Source of the DNA: Bacillota bacterium
GTDB lineage: Bacteria > Bacillota > Clostridia > Lachnospirales > Bianqueaceae
Direction: 5' to 3'
Assembly: GCA_017441925.1 (NCBI GenBank)
Contig: JAFRUE010000016.1
Span: forward strand, 5,269 to 69,268
DNA: 64,000 nucleotides
How positions within the stretch are numbered: position 1 is the first letter of the stretch; each line of letters starts with the position of its first letter. The notes beneath the pieces are model-generated. The model worked only from the letters and a program-made list of their open reading frames with translations, ran no database searches and was not told the origin of the DNA. The position numbers and the translations under genes are program-made. Below are positions 46,606-56,569 of the stretch, one piece after another.

Positions 46606-47955
46606 TTATTCCGTTTTTTCGGGTTTTTCCCGCTTCACGAAGGCAAAATACAGTCCGATCGCAAATCCGGCGCTCACAATATCCGCGATGAGCTGCGACG
46701 CGATGACTCCGTTATAGCCTGCAGCCTTTGCCGCGATCAGCAGTACAACGGCAAAAATCACGCCTTGCCGGGAGAGCGACAGCATCAGCGCGGGGAGCGC
46801 TTTGCCGGATGCCTGGAAAACGCAGGTCAGCAACATAACAAGAGCAGCGAATACGGCTCCTGAAGTCAGATAGCGCAGCATAACGGTACCGTCTGCGATA
46901 ATCCCTTCATCCTGGATGAACAGTCGTATCAGGCCGGGGGCACAGATAAAGAGCACAGCCGTCAATGTGAGCGAGAGGCCTGCCAGGAACAGGAGGCAGA
47001 ACCGGAGCAGCTCGTTCCGTTTCTTTTTGTCGCCTGCTCCGCTCAGGTATCCGAAGAGCGGCACACCGCCGAAGGAGAATCCGACCAGCATCATCAGCGC
47101 GATCATATTCACACGCATTACAATGCCCATAGCCGCGATTTTTTCATCACCGTAGGCAACAAGCTGACGGTTCAGCAGGATATTGCAGACGCTGCTTGCG
47201 ATATTCGTGATGGCTGCCGTAATGCCGATGCTGAAGATACTGCCGGCCTGGCTGCCGGTGACGCGTGCCTCCTGCGGACGGACCGAGAAATACCGGCTCT
47301 TCCTGAGAACCACTGCCAGCAAGAAGAGGTCGCTCAGGACATATCCTATCACCGTCGCGGCAGCGGCGCCGGCGGCACCCCATCCGAGTCCTGTAATCAT
47401 GATCGGATCCAGGATCACATTCACGACGGATCCGATCAGCGTTCCGATCATGGACTGAAGCGCCATGCCTTCGCAGCGGAGCAGATTCAGATGAATGAAA
47501 TTCGCGATGATCACAGGAGCGCCGAAAGCCAGGATCGTATAATACTGCTCACTGTGGACAAACGTATCCGGACTTGCGCCGAGCAGATGCAGGATCGGCC
47601 GCTTCAGCAGGAGCATCGGAACTGCGATCACGACACCTGTCAGGATCGCGATCCAGAAGCAAAACGAACTCACCCGGCGGACCGCGCTGTGGTCGTCCGC
47701 TCCGATCAGCCGTGAAATCAGGGAGCTCCCGCCTTGCCCGAAAATATTGCCGAACGCCATCAGCACGGTAAAGACCGGTCCGCACAGCGACACTCCGGCT
47801 ACCAGTATCGGATCCCCGGTATCGGCAATAAAGTATGTATCGGCCAGATTATACAGAATCGTTACGACCGAGCTCAGTACGACCGGCAGTGCCAGCCGGA
47901 AATAAGTCCGGACGATATGATCCGTGTCGAATGGTCTGCTGTTCTTATCTTCCAT
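46606..47955 (-). CDS. MATE family efflux transporter
   Basis: 12 TM segments. I chose the start at 47955 (MEDKNSRPFD...); the upstream part of the track ORF overlaps the ansA 3' region and looks non-coding. Confidence 0.85.
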   Translation of the reverse strand: MEDKNSRPFDTDHIVRTYFRLALPVVLSSVVTILYNLADTYFIADTGDPILVAGVSLCGPVFTVLMAFGNIFGQGGSSLISRLIGADDHSAVRRVSSFCFWIAILTGVVIAVPMLLLKRPILHLLGASPDTFVHSEQYYTILAFGAPVIIANFIHLNLLRCEGMALQSMIGTLIGSVVNVILDPIMITGLGWGAAGAAAATVIGYVLSDLFLLAVVLRKSRYFSVRPQEARVTGSQAGSIFSIGITAAITNIASSVCNILLNRQLVAYGDEKIAAMGIVMRVNMIALMMLVGFSFGGVPLFGYLSGAGDKKKRNELLRFCLLFLAGLSLTLTAVLFICAPGLIRLFIQDEGIIADGTVMLRYLTSGAVFAALVMLLTCVFQASGKALPALMLSLSRQGVIFAVVLLIAAKAAGYNGVIASQLIADIVSAGFAIGLYFAFVKREKPEKTE

Positions 47956-48002
47956 GCTGCTGCTCCTGTTTATAGGTTTCTTTACTGTCCCTGCTGACCG
48001 GT

Positions 48003-49004
48003 TTACAACGGCCCGAAAAGGATGTCGTGTCCAACCGGTGTATAGAATAATCTGCGGAACTGCGCAGGATCGCGCGTCTCGGCGAGCGCCCACATCGTCT
48101 TGGTGATGCAGGCTTCAAGCGTCATGTCATAAGACTCCATCAGGTCAAAATCTGTCTTCATGACCTTACCGACTTCGTAGACAGCCATATCGCTGCCCTC
48201 ATGCACGACCTGTGTCGCCATGATGACCTGCCGTCCCTCCTCGATATAACACCGTATCGCATCATAATAGCTGGAATCGGCAGGAATGCCGCCGACACCG
48301 AAGGATTCGATCACGAGTGCGTCCGTACTGGCGCGCATCCGGTCCAGGACTGTTCCGTCCCCGCCCGGGATCAGCTTATGCAGGAAGACATTCGTGTCCA
48401 GTTCACTGTACACACGGAAATCGCCTGGGATCCGGCTTTTGTCATCGACATAGAACGCCGTCCGGTCGTCCTGCAGTGTCGCGATCGGAGGGAAATTAAT
48501 GCTGGAAAAAGCATTATAGCTCTTGGAATATTCTTTTTTAGCGCGGGTTCCTGCGATCGCCTGTCCGCCGAAGACGACGGTGACGCCCCAGGCTCTGTCG
48601 TCGCACGCAAAACGGCAGCTGTCCACGAGATTGGTCCGCGCGTCCGTTACCGGCAAGTCGATCGGTTTCTGCGAACCCGTCAGAACAACGGGCTTTTTGT
48701 TGTTCTGGATCAGATAGGAAAGCGCCGCGGCCGTATAGGCCAGCGTATCCGTCCCGTGACAGATCACGAAACCGTCGTACTGATAATATTTCTCACCGAT
48801 GATCCGCGCGATCGTGAGCCACTGCTTCGGCCCGACATTCGTCGAATCCAGCGAAAACGGCTCACAGGTGTCGATCGTGCAGAATTCCGATGTTTCCGGG
48901 ACGTAACGGATAATCTCCTGCGCAGGGATCGCGGGACTCAGGCCCTGATCCGTGTAACGGGAGGCGATCGTGCCGCCCGTCGCGATCAACAGTATCTTTT
49001 TCAT
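48003..49004 (-). CDS. ansA: type I L-asparaginase
   Basis: MKKILLIATGGTIAS and ICHGTDTLAYTA signatures. ATGA overlap with the lpdA stop (49001-49004). Confidence 0.88.
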   Translation of the reverse strand: MKKILLIATGGTIASRYTDQGLSPAIPAQEIIRYVPETSEFCTIDTCEPFSLDSTNVGPKQWLTIARIIGEKYYQYDGFVICHGTDTLAYTAAALSYLIQNNKKPVVLTGSQKPIDLPVTDARTNLVDSCRFACDDRAWGVTVVFGGQAIAGTRAKKEYSKSYNAFSSINFPPIATLQDDRTAFYVDDKSRIPGDFRVYSELDTNVFLHKLIPGGDGTVLDRMRASTDALVIESFGVGGIPADSSYYDAIRCYIEEGRQVIMATQVVHEGSDMAVYEVGKVMKTDFDLMESYDMTLEACITKTMWALAETRDPAQFRRLFYTPVGHDILFGPL

Positions 49005-50398
49005 AACGGCAGGATCTCGCTGACGGTCGGATGCGGGAAGACCGTACGGTCCAGATCCGCGAGAGTGCCGCGCGCTCCGATCAGGACCCCGAGCGGTCCG
49101 ATCATCTCGGACGCGTGGGGACACAGAAGATGCGCACCGAGGAGACGTTCTGTCCCCTCTTCATACACAAGCAGGGAGAAACCGCGTCCGGCGCCTTCGA
49201 TCACGGCCTTGGCGTTCGCGGATGTCAGCTGCTTGCGGGTCTTGACCGCGAAGCCGGCTTCTTTGGCCTGTTCCGCCGTCATTCCGACAGACGCGATCTC
49301 CGGCTGCGTAAAGACACAGGACGGGATCAGGGACAGATCTTTGCCCTCTCCGGAACCGAACATGTGCCAAACCGCCCGGGCGGCCTCTGCCTCCGCTGCA
49401 TGCGCAAGCTGCAGCCCGCCGGCAACGATATCGCCGACCGCAAAGATTCCGGGGATCTGTGTCTCATACGTGACAGGATCGGCCGGAATATAGCCCCGCA
49501 CCATTGCGAGTTTCTCTGCGATCTCTTCCGCGAAAAGACCGTCCGTCACCGGGCGTCTGCCCGTGCAGATCAGGACGAGATCCGCCGGGACCTGTCCCTG
49601 ATTACCCTTTTTATCCGTAAAAACGACCTCGAGCGGCTCACCCTTCCGGATCTCGGACACCATCGCGTTCACCTGCACGTCCGCTCCGGCTTTCTTAAGA
49701 GAAGACGCAAGGCTCTGCCCAAAATCCTTATCCATATTGGCAAGGAGCCTCGGAAGTGCCTCAAGGACCGTCACTTTCGAACCGAGATTGGTGAAAAACG
49801 CTGAAAATTCCGCTCCGATGACGCCGCCGCCGATGATGACGACACGCTCGGGGAGCTTTTCGATTCCGGCAAGCAGCACGTCCGAATTGCAGACACCGTG
49901 AAGATCGCTTCCGGGGATCGGAGGCGCAGCCGGTTTGGAACCGGTACAGACAAGCAGATGAGAAGCCTTATAGACTGCGGTTTCCGCTTTACTGTCCCCG
50001 GCCGGGTCATCAGCCGTCACACTGACGGTATCCGGAGCAAGGACTTTCGCTGTGCCGCGCACGACCTGAATCTTCAGTCTCTTCAGACGGTCCTCGAGAG
50101 CTGTCCGCAGGGACAGGATCGTTTCTGCCGCGTTCGCGTACATTGCCGACAGATCATACGCTGCCTGTACAGGGACGCCGAGCTCTGTTCCGTGATCCGC
50201 AAGCTCCCGGTACAGCCCGGAAGAACGCAGCAAAGCTTTTGTCGGAATACATCCGCGGTTCAGGCAGGTCCCGCCAAGCAGATCTTTCTCGATAAGCAGG
50301 ACCGACTTGCCGGCGGACGCGGCTTCCACAGCGGCTTTAGTCCCGGCGGGCCCTCCGCCGGCGATAACAAGATCATAGATCTGATCACAAGTATTCAT
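49001..50398 (-). CDS. lpdA: dihydrolipoyl dehydrogenase (glycine cleavage L protein)
   Basis: GGGPAG FAD motif, redox-active GGTCLNRGCIPTK, C-terminal HAHPT-like HPHPT. 465 aa. Confidence 0.92.
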   Translation of the reverse strand: MNTCDQIYDLVIAGGGPAGTKAAVEAASAGKSVLLIEKDLLGGTCLNRGCIPTKALLRSSGLYRELADHGTELGVPVQAAYDLSAMYANAAETILSLRTALEDRLKRLKIQVVRGTAKVLAPDTVSVTADDPAGDSKAETAVYKASHLLVCTGSKPAAPPIPGSDLHGVCNSDVLLAGIEKLPERVVIIGGGVIGAEFSAFFTNLGSKVTVLEALPRLLANMDKDFGQSLASSLKKAGADVQVNAMVSEIRKGEPLEVVFTDKKGNQGQVPADLVLICTGRRPVTDGLFAEEIAEKLAMVRGYIPADPVTYETQIPGIFAVGDIVAGGLQLAHAAEAEAARAVWHMFGSGEGKDLSLIPSCVFTQPEIASVGMTAEQAKEAGFAVKTRKQLTSANAKAVIEGAGRGFSLLVYEEGTERLLGAHLLCPHASEMIGPLGVLIGARGTLADLDRTVFPHPTVSEILPL

Positions 50399-51524
50399 GA
50401 ACGATGTCCTCCCATAAGATATTCAGGTCGTGTATCAGGGTCTCCGGCTGCAATATGCCGGCATTACTCAGCCTGTCAGGCTTCAGGTCCGTAAAAATGT
50501 CCCGCAGTGCTTCGCCCGTAAAAGGTCTCCCGGCCGTAAACCGCGTCATGATCTCCGAAACGGCCGGCGCGATGCCGGTATCCAGTGCGTCCGTATAAAG
50601 CCGGACCCTGCGGCATCTCCCGCGCGCCGCTGAAATCTCCAGACTCGCGGTGCCCCAGGAGAAACGCATCTCCCGGCTGCGCGCCGAGGCCGGAGGTTCG
50701 CTCCCGTAAAGCCATTCCGGTGAGGCCAGCCGCTCAGCGAACGCCTGTATCTCTGCCTCTTTCGGATAAAACGGGATATCTGCGGGGTCGGAAGCGCCGG
50801 CCAGAACAGAACTGTCCCCTTCTGCGCCATATTCCCGGCAAAAAGCCGCTGCCAGCGCTGCTTCAAGTTTCTCCAGCGTCAGCTTCGGCTCGAGCTCTTT
50901 CAGATTGACCACACGGGACCGGACCGAAGCGACTCCGCTGCCTGCGAGCTTCGCGGATCCGGGGGTCAGATAGCGGGACAGATCCTGCATCGAAAGCGAC
51001 AGGAGCAATGTCCCGTGATGGCAGTGCCGCGGTCCGTCCTGATAGAACGCGTTCCCGGAGACTTTGCGTCGGGATCCGTCCGGCAGCAGCGTTTCCAGAT
51101 CGTTCCGCCCGGATACTTCCGCCCGGATTCCCAGCGACTCCAATGCCGCGCGGATCACGGACATCTGACGCGGAATGTTATACAGCGGCTCGGCCGCGAT
51201 AAACGAGAAGTTCAGGTTCCCCGGATCGTGATAGACCGCTCCGCCGCCCGAAAATCTCCTCACCGCAAGGATCCCGTCCGCCTGCATGGCCTGCAGACTG
51301 CATTCGCGCTGCAGATTCTGGTTGCGGCCGATGATCACGGACCGGCCGTTTTGCCACAGATACAGCAGAACTGTCCCCGCCGGAACGTTTTCCGTGAGAA
51401 GATGCTCCACCGCCAGGTTGCGGTATGGGTCCAGCCCGTCCGTTATAAGCAGGAAAGGCCGGCAGTCCTCTCCCCGCGCAAGAGCGGAGCCGGGGCGGCC
51501 AGCCTTCATAAGATCAGAAGTCAT
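50385..51524 (-). CDS. lplA: lipoate--protein ligase
   Basis: 379 aa. DPYRNLAVEHLL, RRFSGGGAVYHDPGNLNFS, GNAFY..HHGTLL motifs. Confidence 0.88.
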   Translation of the reverse strand: MTSDLMKAGRPGSALARGEDCRPFLLITDGLDPYRNLAVEHLLTENVPAGTVLLYLWQNGRSVIIGRNQNLQRECSLQAMQADGILAVRRFSGGGAVYHDPGNLNFSFIAAEPLYNIPRQMSVIRAALESLGIRAEVSGRNDLETLLPDGSRRKVSGNAFYQDGPRHCHHGTLLLSLSMQDLSRYLTPGSAKLAGSGVASVRSRVVNLKELEPKLTLEKLEAALAAAFCREYGAEGDSSVLAGASDPADIPFYPKEAEIQAFAERLASPEWLYGSEPPASARSREMRFSWGTASLEISAARGRCRRVRLYTDALDTGIAPAVSEIMTRFTAGRPFTGEALRDIFTDLKPDRLSNAGILQPETLIHDLNILWEDIVHEYL

Positions 51525-51566
51525 AGTTCAGGTCCCAAAAACAATATGATATGTCCTAAACGGTAC

Positions 51567-53003
51567 TTATGCACGTTTCCAGGTCAGGACCGGCGTACGC
51601 GCGGCTTTGACCTCGTCCGGACGGCTGATCGGCGTATGGCAAGGCGCACTGTGCAGTGCTTCCGGATCCGTGTCCGCCATTTTCAGCAATTCGATAATGA
51701 TCGCCGCGGCCTCGTCAAGCGTCTCCTTGGACTCGGTCTCGGTCGGCTCGAACATCAGCGCTTCGTGCACGATCAGCGGGAAATACATGGTCGGAGCGTG
51801 CATGCCGTGGTCCAGCATCGACTTCGCGATATCCATCGCGCTGATGCCTGTCCGCTCCTTGATCTCGGCCAGATCCAGCACGAATTCATGCATGCAGATG
51901 CCTTCCGCCGCGACTTTGCAGTACGGAGCGAGGAGCACGCGCAGATAATTCGCGTTCAGGACAGCGTTCTGAGATGCGTCTCTCAGTCCGTCCCCGCCGA
52001 GCATCAGGATATAGGCAAGGGCCTTGACCTGTACCAGGAAATTGCCGTAGTAAGAACGGATCCGTCCGATGGACTGCTCTTTCTTCTCGAAAGCAAGCGT
52101 TCCGTCGGCTTTCTCCACAACGTGCTCGCCCGGCAGGTATTTCGCCATATCGCCCTTCGCCCCGACCGCGCCGGCACCCGGGCCGCCGCCGCCGTGCGGT
52201 GTGGAGAATGTCTTATGCATGTTCAGATGCACAACGTCAAATCCCATGTCGCCCGGGCGCGCATTTCCGACGACCGCGTTCAGGTTCGCGCCGTCATAGT
52301 AGCACAGCCCGCCCGCTTCATGGACGATCCGTGTGATCTCCAGAATGTTGCGGTCGAAAATGCCCAGCGTGTTGGGATTCGTCAGCATCAGTCCCGCGGT
52401 ATCCGGGCCGGCGGCTTCTGCAAGCGCTGTAAGATCGACGCCTCCGTCCGGTGCGGACGGGATGTTCACGACCTCAAAGCCGGCCATCGTTGCGGAGGCC
52501 GGATTCGTGCCGTGGGCAGAGTCCGGGACCAGAATCTTGGTCCTGGCGGCATCGCCGCGCAGCTCGTGGTATTTCTTGATCAGAAGAAGGCCTGTGAACT
52601 CGCCATGTGCTCCGGCAGCCGGCTCGAACGTCATCTCGTCCATGCCGGTCAGCTCGCAGAGATACTGCTCGGACAGGCGGAGGACACGAAGCGCGCCCTG
52701 CGCCGTCTCAACCGGCTGCAGCGGATGCAGTCCGGCAAAACCGGGCAGCGCCGCGGCTTCTTCGTTGACGGACGGGTTGTATTTCATCGTGCAGGATCCC
52801 AGCGGATAGAAACCGTCGCACACGCCATAGACCTGCTTGGAGAGTTCCTGATAGTGACGGGACAGATCCGTCTCGGAGACCTCCGGCAGATCCGGCTTCT
52901 CCGCGCGCAGGAAGCTCTCGGGAAGAGTGGTCTCCGGCACATCGCATTCCGGGAAAATCGTCGTGGAACGGCCCGGTACACTGCGTTCAAAAATCAGTTT
53001 CAT
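51567..53003 (-). CDS. gcvPB: glycine dehydrogenase (aminomethyl-transferring) subunit 2
   Basis: 478 aa. PLP-lysine context HLNMHKTFSTPHGGGGPG. Confidence 0.94.
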   Translation of the reverse strand: MKLIFERSVPGRSTTIFPECDVPETTLPESFLRAEKPDLPEVSETDLSRHYQELSKQVYGVCDGFYPLGSCTMKYNPSVNEEAAALPGFAGLHPLQPVETAQGALRVLRLSEQYLCELTGMDEMTFEPAAGAHGEFTGLLLIKKYHELRGDAARTKILVPDSAHGTNPASATMAGFEVVNIPSAPDGGVDLTALAEAAGPDTAGLMLTNPNTLGIFDRNILEITRIVHEAGGLCYYDGANLNAVVGNARPGDMGFDVVHLNMHKTFSTPHGGGGPGAGAVGAKGDMAKYLPGEHVVEKADGTLAFEKKEQSIGRIRSYYGNFLVQVKALAYILMLGGDGLRDASQNAVLNANYLRVLLAPYCKVAAEGICMHEFVLDLAEIKERTGISAMDIAKSMLDHGMHAPTMYFPLIVHEALMFEPTETESKETLDEAAAIIIELLKMADTDPEALHSAPCHTPISRPDEVKAARTPVLTWKRA

Positions 53004-54319
53004 GCCTGCGCCTCCTCTCTCAGGATCCTGACTGCCTCATCGATCTGGGCTTTTGTCACTTTCTCGGTACAGCACCAGAGGATGCCGCGCTCGGTCGACA
53101 GACCGCCGAGGATCCCGTGCTCCGCGAGCTTTGCAAGCGCTTTATCCGCGTCCACAGGACATGTGGTCACGAATTCATGGAAGAACGGCCCCTGATAGAC
53201 CGGCGTATAACCGATCTTCGCAAGCTCGGCCGCCAGATAATGCGCCTTGTTCAGGCAAAGCTCCGCGGCCTTGCGGATCCCGTCCGGTCCGACAGCCGCC
53301 AGATACGCGGCCGCCGTCATCGCGCACAGCGCTTCGTTGGAACAGATATTGGAAGAAGCCTTCTCGCGGCGGATATGCTGCTCGCGAGCCTGCAGTGTCA
53401 GAACGTACGCGCGGCGTCCCGCGTCATCCGTAGTCTCGCCGACGATACGTCCGGGAAGCTTGCGGAACATCTGCTGCTTCGCCGCCATGAATCCAAGATA
53501 CGGTCCGCCGAATCCCATCGGCATTCCGAGAGGCTGTCCTTCTCCGACCGCGATATCCGCACCGAGCTCGCCCGGCGTCTTCAGGAGGCCCAGCGAGATC
53601 GGGTTCACGCTCATCACAGCCTTGGCTCCCGCCTTGTGTACGGCTTCGATGATCGCTTCGGCATCCTCCAGGAGTCCCCAGCGGTTCGGCTGCTCAAAGA
53701 TCACCGCACCGACGTCCTTGCCGAGCATCCCGGCAAGCGCATCCACGTCGATCCTTCCGTCTTTCTCCGGAGCGATGTCAAGAGACGCGCCGGCTCCCCA
53801 CAGATATGTCCTGACAGTCTCCAGATTGTCCGGCTTGACTGTCGCGGCAACGATCGTGCGCGGATGATGACGGTCACGGCACATGGCCGCGGCTTCCGCC
53901 ATCGCAGAAGCTCCATCGTATACGGACGCGTTCGCGACATCCATGCCTGTCAGCGCGCAGATCTCGGTCTGATATTCAAAAATCGACTGCAGTACGCCCT
54001 GGCTGATCTCCGCCTGATACGGCGTATAAGCCGTCAGGAACTGCTCTTTGCTCGTTACGCGGCGTACGATCGCGGGAATGTAATGGTCATAGCTGCCGGC
54101 TCCGCGCAGAATCGTGCGGAAAACCGTATTCTCTGCGGCCATCTCTTCCATCCGGGCAGCCGTCTCCATCTCGGAGATCCCGTCCGGAACGTTAAGATCT
54201 TCCCTCTTAAGCAGGATCTCCTCCGGAACAGCTTCATAGAGCCCTTTATAGGAAGAAACTCCGACCTTGGCGAGCATTTCCTCCCGCTGGCTTGTGGTTG
54301 AAGGAATGAAAGTTCCCAT
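53000..54319 (-). CDS. gcvPA: glycine dehydrogenase (aminomethyl-transferring) subunit 1
   Basis: The start MGTFIPSTT at 54319 follows GAGG and lies 4 nt after the gcvH stop. ATGA overlap with gcvPB. Confidence 0.93.
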   Translation of the reverse strand: MGTFIPSTTSQREEMLAKVGVSSYKGLYEAVPEEILLKREDLNVPDGISEMETAARMEEMAAENTVFRTILRGAGSYDHYIPAIVRRVTSKEQFLTAYTPYQAEISQGVLQSIFEYQTEICALTGMDVANASVYDGASAMAEAAAMCRDRHHPRTIVAATVKPDNLETVRTYLWGAGASLDIAPEKDGRIDVDALAGMLGKDVGAVIFEQPNRWGLLEDAEAIIEAVHKAGAKAVMSVNPISLGLLKTPGELGADIAVGEGQPLGMPMGFGGPYLGFMAAKQQMFRKLPGRIVGETTDDAGRRAYVLTLQAREQHIRREKASSNICSNEALCAMTAAAYLAAVGPDGIRKAAELCLNKAHYLAAELAKIGYTPVYQGPFFHEFVTTCPVDADKALAKLAEHGILGGLSTERGILWCCTEKVTKAQIDEAVRILREEAQA

Positions 54320-54323
54320 CCGC

Positions 54324-54704
54324 TTACGCCTCAGCCTCGACAAAATCCTGATATTCGTCAGCGTCCATCAGGTTGTCGGGCATCTCCACGTCGGAGAGCT
54401 CCACGAACCAGGCTTCATACGGTGTGTCGTTGATCGCTTCTGGTGTCTCGGCAAGCTCTTCATTAACGACGGCGATCGTTCCGGTAACCGGGCTGTTGAC
54501 CTCGGAAACCGCCTTAACGGACTCTACTTCTGCAAAAGACTGTCCCTCCGTAACCTCATCGCCTTCTTCCGGCATGGTTACGTAGACAAGGTCTCCCAGC
54601 TGATCCTGTGCGTAATCGGTAATGCCGACGCGAACGCGGCCGTCGCCGATCTCCTCTACCCATTCATGTGTCTCGGTGTACTTCAGATTCTTAGGAAATG
54701 TCAT
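54324..54704 (-). CDS. gcvH: glycine cleavage system H protein
   Basis: 126 aa. Lipoyl-lysine context EVESVKAVSEV. Confidence 0.95.
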   Translation of the reverse strand: MTFPKNLKYTETHEWVEEIGDGRVRVGITDYAQDQLGDLVYVTMPEEGDEVTEGQSFAEVESVKAVSEVNSPVTGTIAVVNEELAETPEAINDTPYEAWFVELSDVEMPDNLMDADEYQDFVEAEA

Positions 54705-54743
54705 GACTTTAGTCCTCCTCTAATGTTTTCTTTATAATGATCT

Positions 54744-55820
54744 TCAGGCTTTTGCCCGGTTGTAGAACGGCAGAGCGGTTACTTCACAGGCCACGCGGCG
54801 TCCGCGCACCTCAACCTCTACGGGCGTGCCCGGGACGGCTTTGTCTTTCTCAACATACGCCATCGCGCAGGCGACCTTGAGGAACGGGCAGAACGTACCG
54901 GACGTGGTATTGCCGACCTTCACGTCTCCCTGATAGATATCCTGATGCTCACGGATAATGCCTCTGCCCGTTACGCGCAGTCCGACGCGCGTCATCGTGG
55001 GCTCACCCTTTGCCAGCAGCGCTTCGCGGCCGATAAAAGGCTTATCCATCTTGATGGCGAAACCGAGCCCGGCCGTTACCGGATCGATCGTCTCGCTGAT
55101 CTCGTGGCCGTAAAGCGGCATTCCCGCTTCCAGACGCAGCGTATCGCGTGCGCCGAGTCCGCACGGCATCGCGCCTTTTTCAAGCAGCGCGTTCCAGACC
55201 GTCTCGGCGTTCTCCTTAGCGGTATAGATCTCATATCCGAACTCGCCGGTATAACCCGTACGGGATACCAGGCAGTCGCAGCCTGCGACAGTCACATGCT
55301 CCTTGAAGGAATAGTACTTCCTGGGCAGTGCTTCAAGGTCCGCAAGGCCCGCCATCACCGCCTTGGTCTCCGGTCCCTGGACCGCGATCTGCGCGACCTT
55401 ATCGGAGATATTCTCAAAGGTGACATCGCCTGTCAGATGCTCGCGGATCCAGGCAACGTCCTTATCGGTATTGGAAGCGTTCAGCACCAGCAGGAAACTG
55501 TCCTCTCCTCTGCGGTAAACGATCAGATCGTCCACGCATCCGCCGTCCGGGTAAAGCATGATCGTATACCGGCAGGCTCCGGTCTTCATCGAATCAAAAC
55601 TGTTGGTCAGGATCGCGTTCAGATTGGCCAGCGCGTCCGGTCCCGACAGAAGCGCTTCTCCCATGTGCGAAACATCAAAGATCCCGACATGCTCGCGCAC
55701 GGTATTGTGCTCCATCAGAACTCCCGTCTTGTACTGTACCGGCAGCAGGAATCCGCCGAACGGAACGATCGTCCCGCCAAGCGCCACATGCCGGTCATAG
55801 AGCGGTGTTTTTTTGTCCAT
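54744..55820 (-). CDS. gcvT: aminomethyltransferase (glycine cleavage T protein)
   Basis: 358 aa. TPLYDRH...GGFLLPVQY, FDVSHMGE, SRTGYTGE motifs. Confidence 0.95.
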   Translation of the reverse strand: MDKKTPLYDRHVALGGTIVPFGGFLLPVQYKTGVLMEHNTVREHVGIFDVSHMGEALLSGPDALANLNAILTNSFDSMKTGACRYTIMLYPDGGCVDDLIVYRRGEDSFLLVLNASNTDKDVAWIREHLTGDVTFENISDKVAQIAVQGPETKAVMAGLADLEALPRKYYSFKEHVTVAGCDCLVSRTGYTGEFGYEIYTAKENAETVWNALLEKGAMPCGLGARDTLRLEAGMPLYGHEISETIDPVTAGLGFAIKMDKPFIGREALLAKGEPTMTRVGLRVTGRGIIREHQDIYQGDVKVGNTTSGTFCPFLKVACAMAYVEKDKAVPGTPVEVEVRGRRVACEVTALPFYNRAKA

Positions 55821-55889
55821 AATATCTGCCCCTTTCCGATATTGTCAGGTCCCGGCCGCGCCTGACGGCGCCTGTCCGGACCTCTGCAG

Positions 55890-55931
55890 AAAAAAAGAGT
55901 ACAGGAATAAGCTTACGCTCTTCTGCACTCT
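55890..55931 (-). terminator. riboswitch expression-platform terminator upstream of gcvT
   Basis: On the minus strand: AGAGUGCAG...CUGUACUCU hairpin (one G-U pair) followed by UUUUUUU. Confidence 0.75.
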
Positions 55932-56085
55932 GTATATGACCTGAAAGATTCTCCCGGATCTCTCCGGAATTGCTTCTTCGGTACCGCGGTAATCGCGAAT
56001 CTCCTGAGTGTCGTCAGCAATCCGGTCCTTTTGCCTGAGAGTTTTTGCCCCTTCGGCGCCTAAGCTGGCCTCTCCCGGCTGCCTC
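55932..56085 (-). promoter_or_regulatory. tandem glycine riboswitch
   Basis: Minus strand, aptamer 1: GGGAGAGGCC...GCGCCGAAGGGGCAAAAACUCUCAGGCAAAAGGAC. Aptamer 2: CUCAGGAGA...GUACCGAAGAAGCAAUUCCGGAGAG. Both are canonical glycine-aptamer cores. Confidence 0.88.
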
Positions 56086-56120
56086 ATCCGACTGACTGTA
56101 TTCAGTTTTTCCACAGAAGC

Positions 56121-56150
56121 ATTGTATCACGCACAAGATGGAAAAAGCAA
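56121..56150 (-). promoter_or_regulatory. candidate promoter of the gcv operon
   Basis: On the minus strand: TTGCTT, 18-nt spacer, TACAAT, just upstream of the riboswitch. Confidence 0.4.
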
Positions 56151-56194
56151 TACAAATCTGCTTGTTTTTGCCTGTTTTATTTTTGCTTACAGGC

Positions 56195-56223
56195 TTGACA
56201 AGCGGTCCGGGCTCCTGTATAAT
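56195..56223 (+). promoter_or_regulatory. promoter of tyrS
   Basis: Consensus TTGACA (56195-56200), 17-nt spacer, TATAAT (56218-56223). Confidence 0.7.
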
Positions 56224-56240
56224 CGATTCAATTCCATACT

Positions 56241-56518
56241 AAAAGGCTATGAAGAGAAGAGTAGTCTGCACAGGGCCTTACAGAGAGCACCCGGCCGGTG
56301 AGAGGGGCAAGGAGCATGCAGATGAAATACGTCTCGGAGCTACGTCCCGAACGCGTCCTTACAGGCGTCAGTAGGCGGCGACGGGAGGGCAGCCGTTATC
56401 TGTGCCAGGGTATTTATCAGACAGTACCTGCAGAGGCGTCCGGTGTGAGCCGGGCGTGAACTAAGGTGGTTTCACGGGAATCATACTCCCGTCCTTAACG
56501 GACGGGAGTTTTATTTTT
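56241..56518 (+). promoter_or_regulatory. T-box leader (tyrosine specifier) with terminator
   Basis: Stem I AGAGAAGAGUAG region. Specifier-loop GAAAUACG with UAC at 56328-56330. T-box sequence AAGGUGGUUUCACGGG (56463-56478). Terminator ACTCCCGTCC-ttaac-GGACGGGAGT followed by TTTTATTTTT (56485-56518). Confidence 0.88.
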
Positions 56519-56569
56519 CGCCGCAGATCCATCGCGGAACGCAGGATTATTCACAGGGAGGATATCGGA

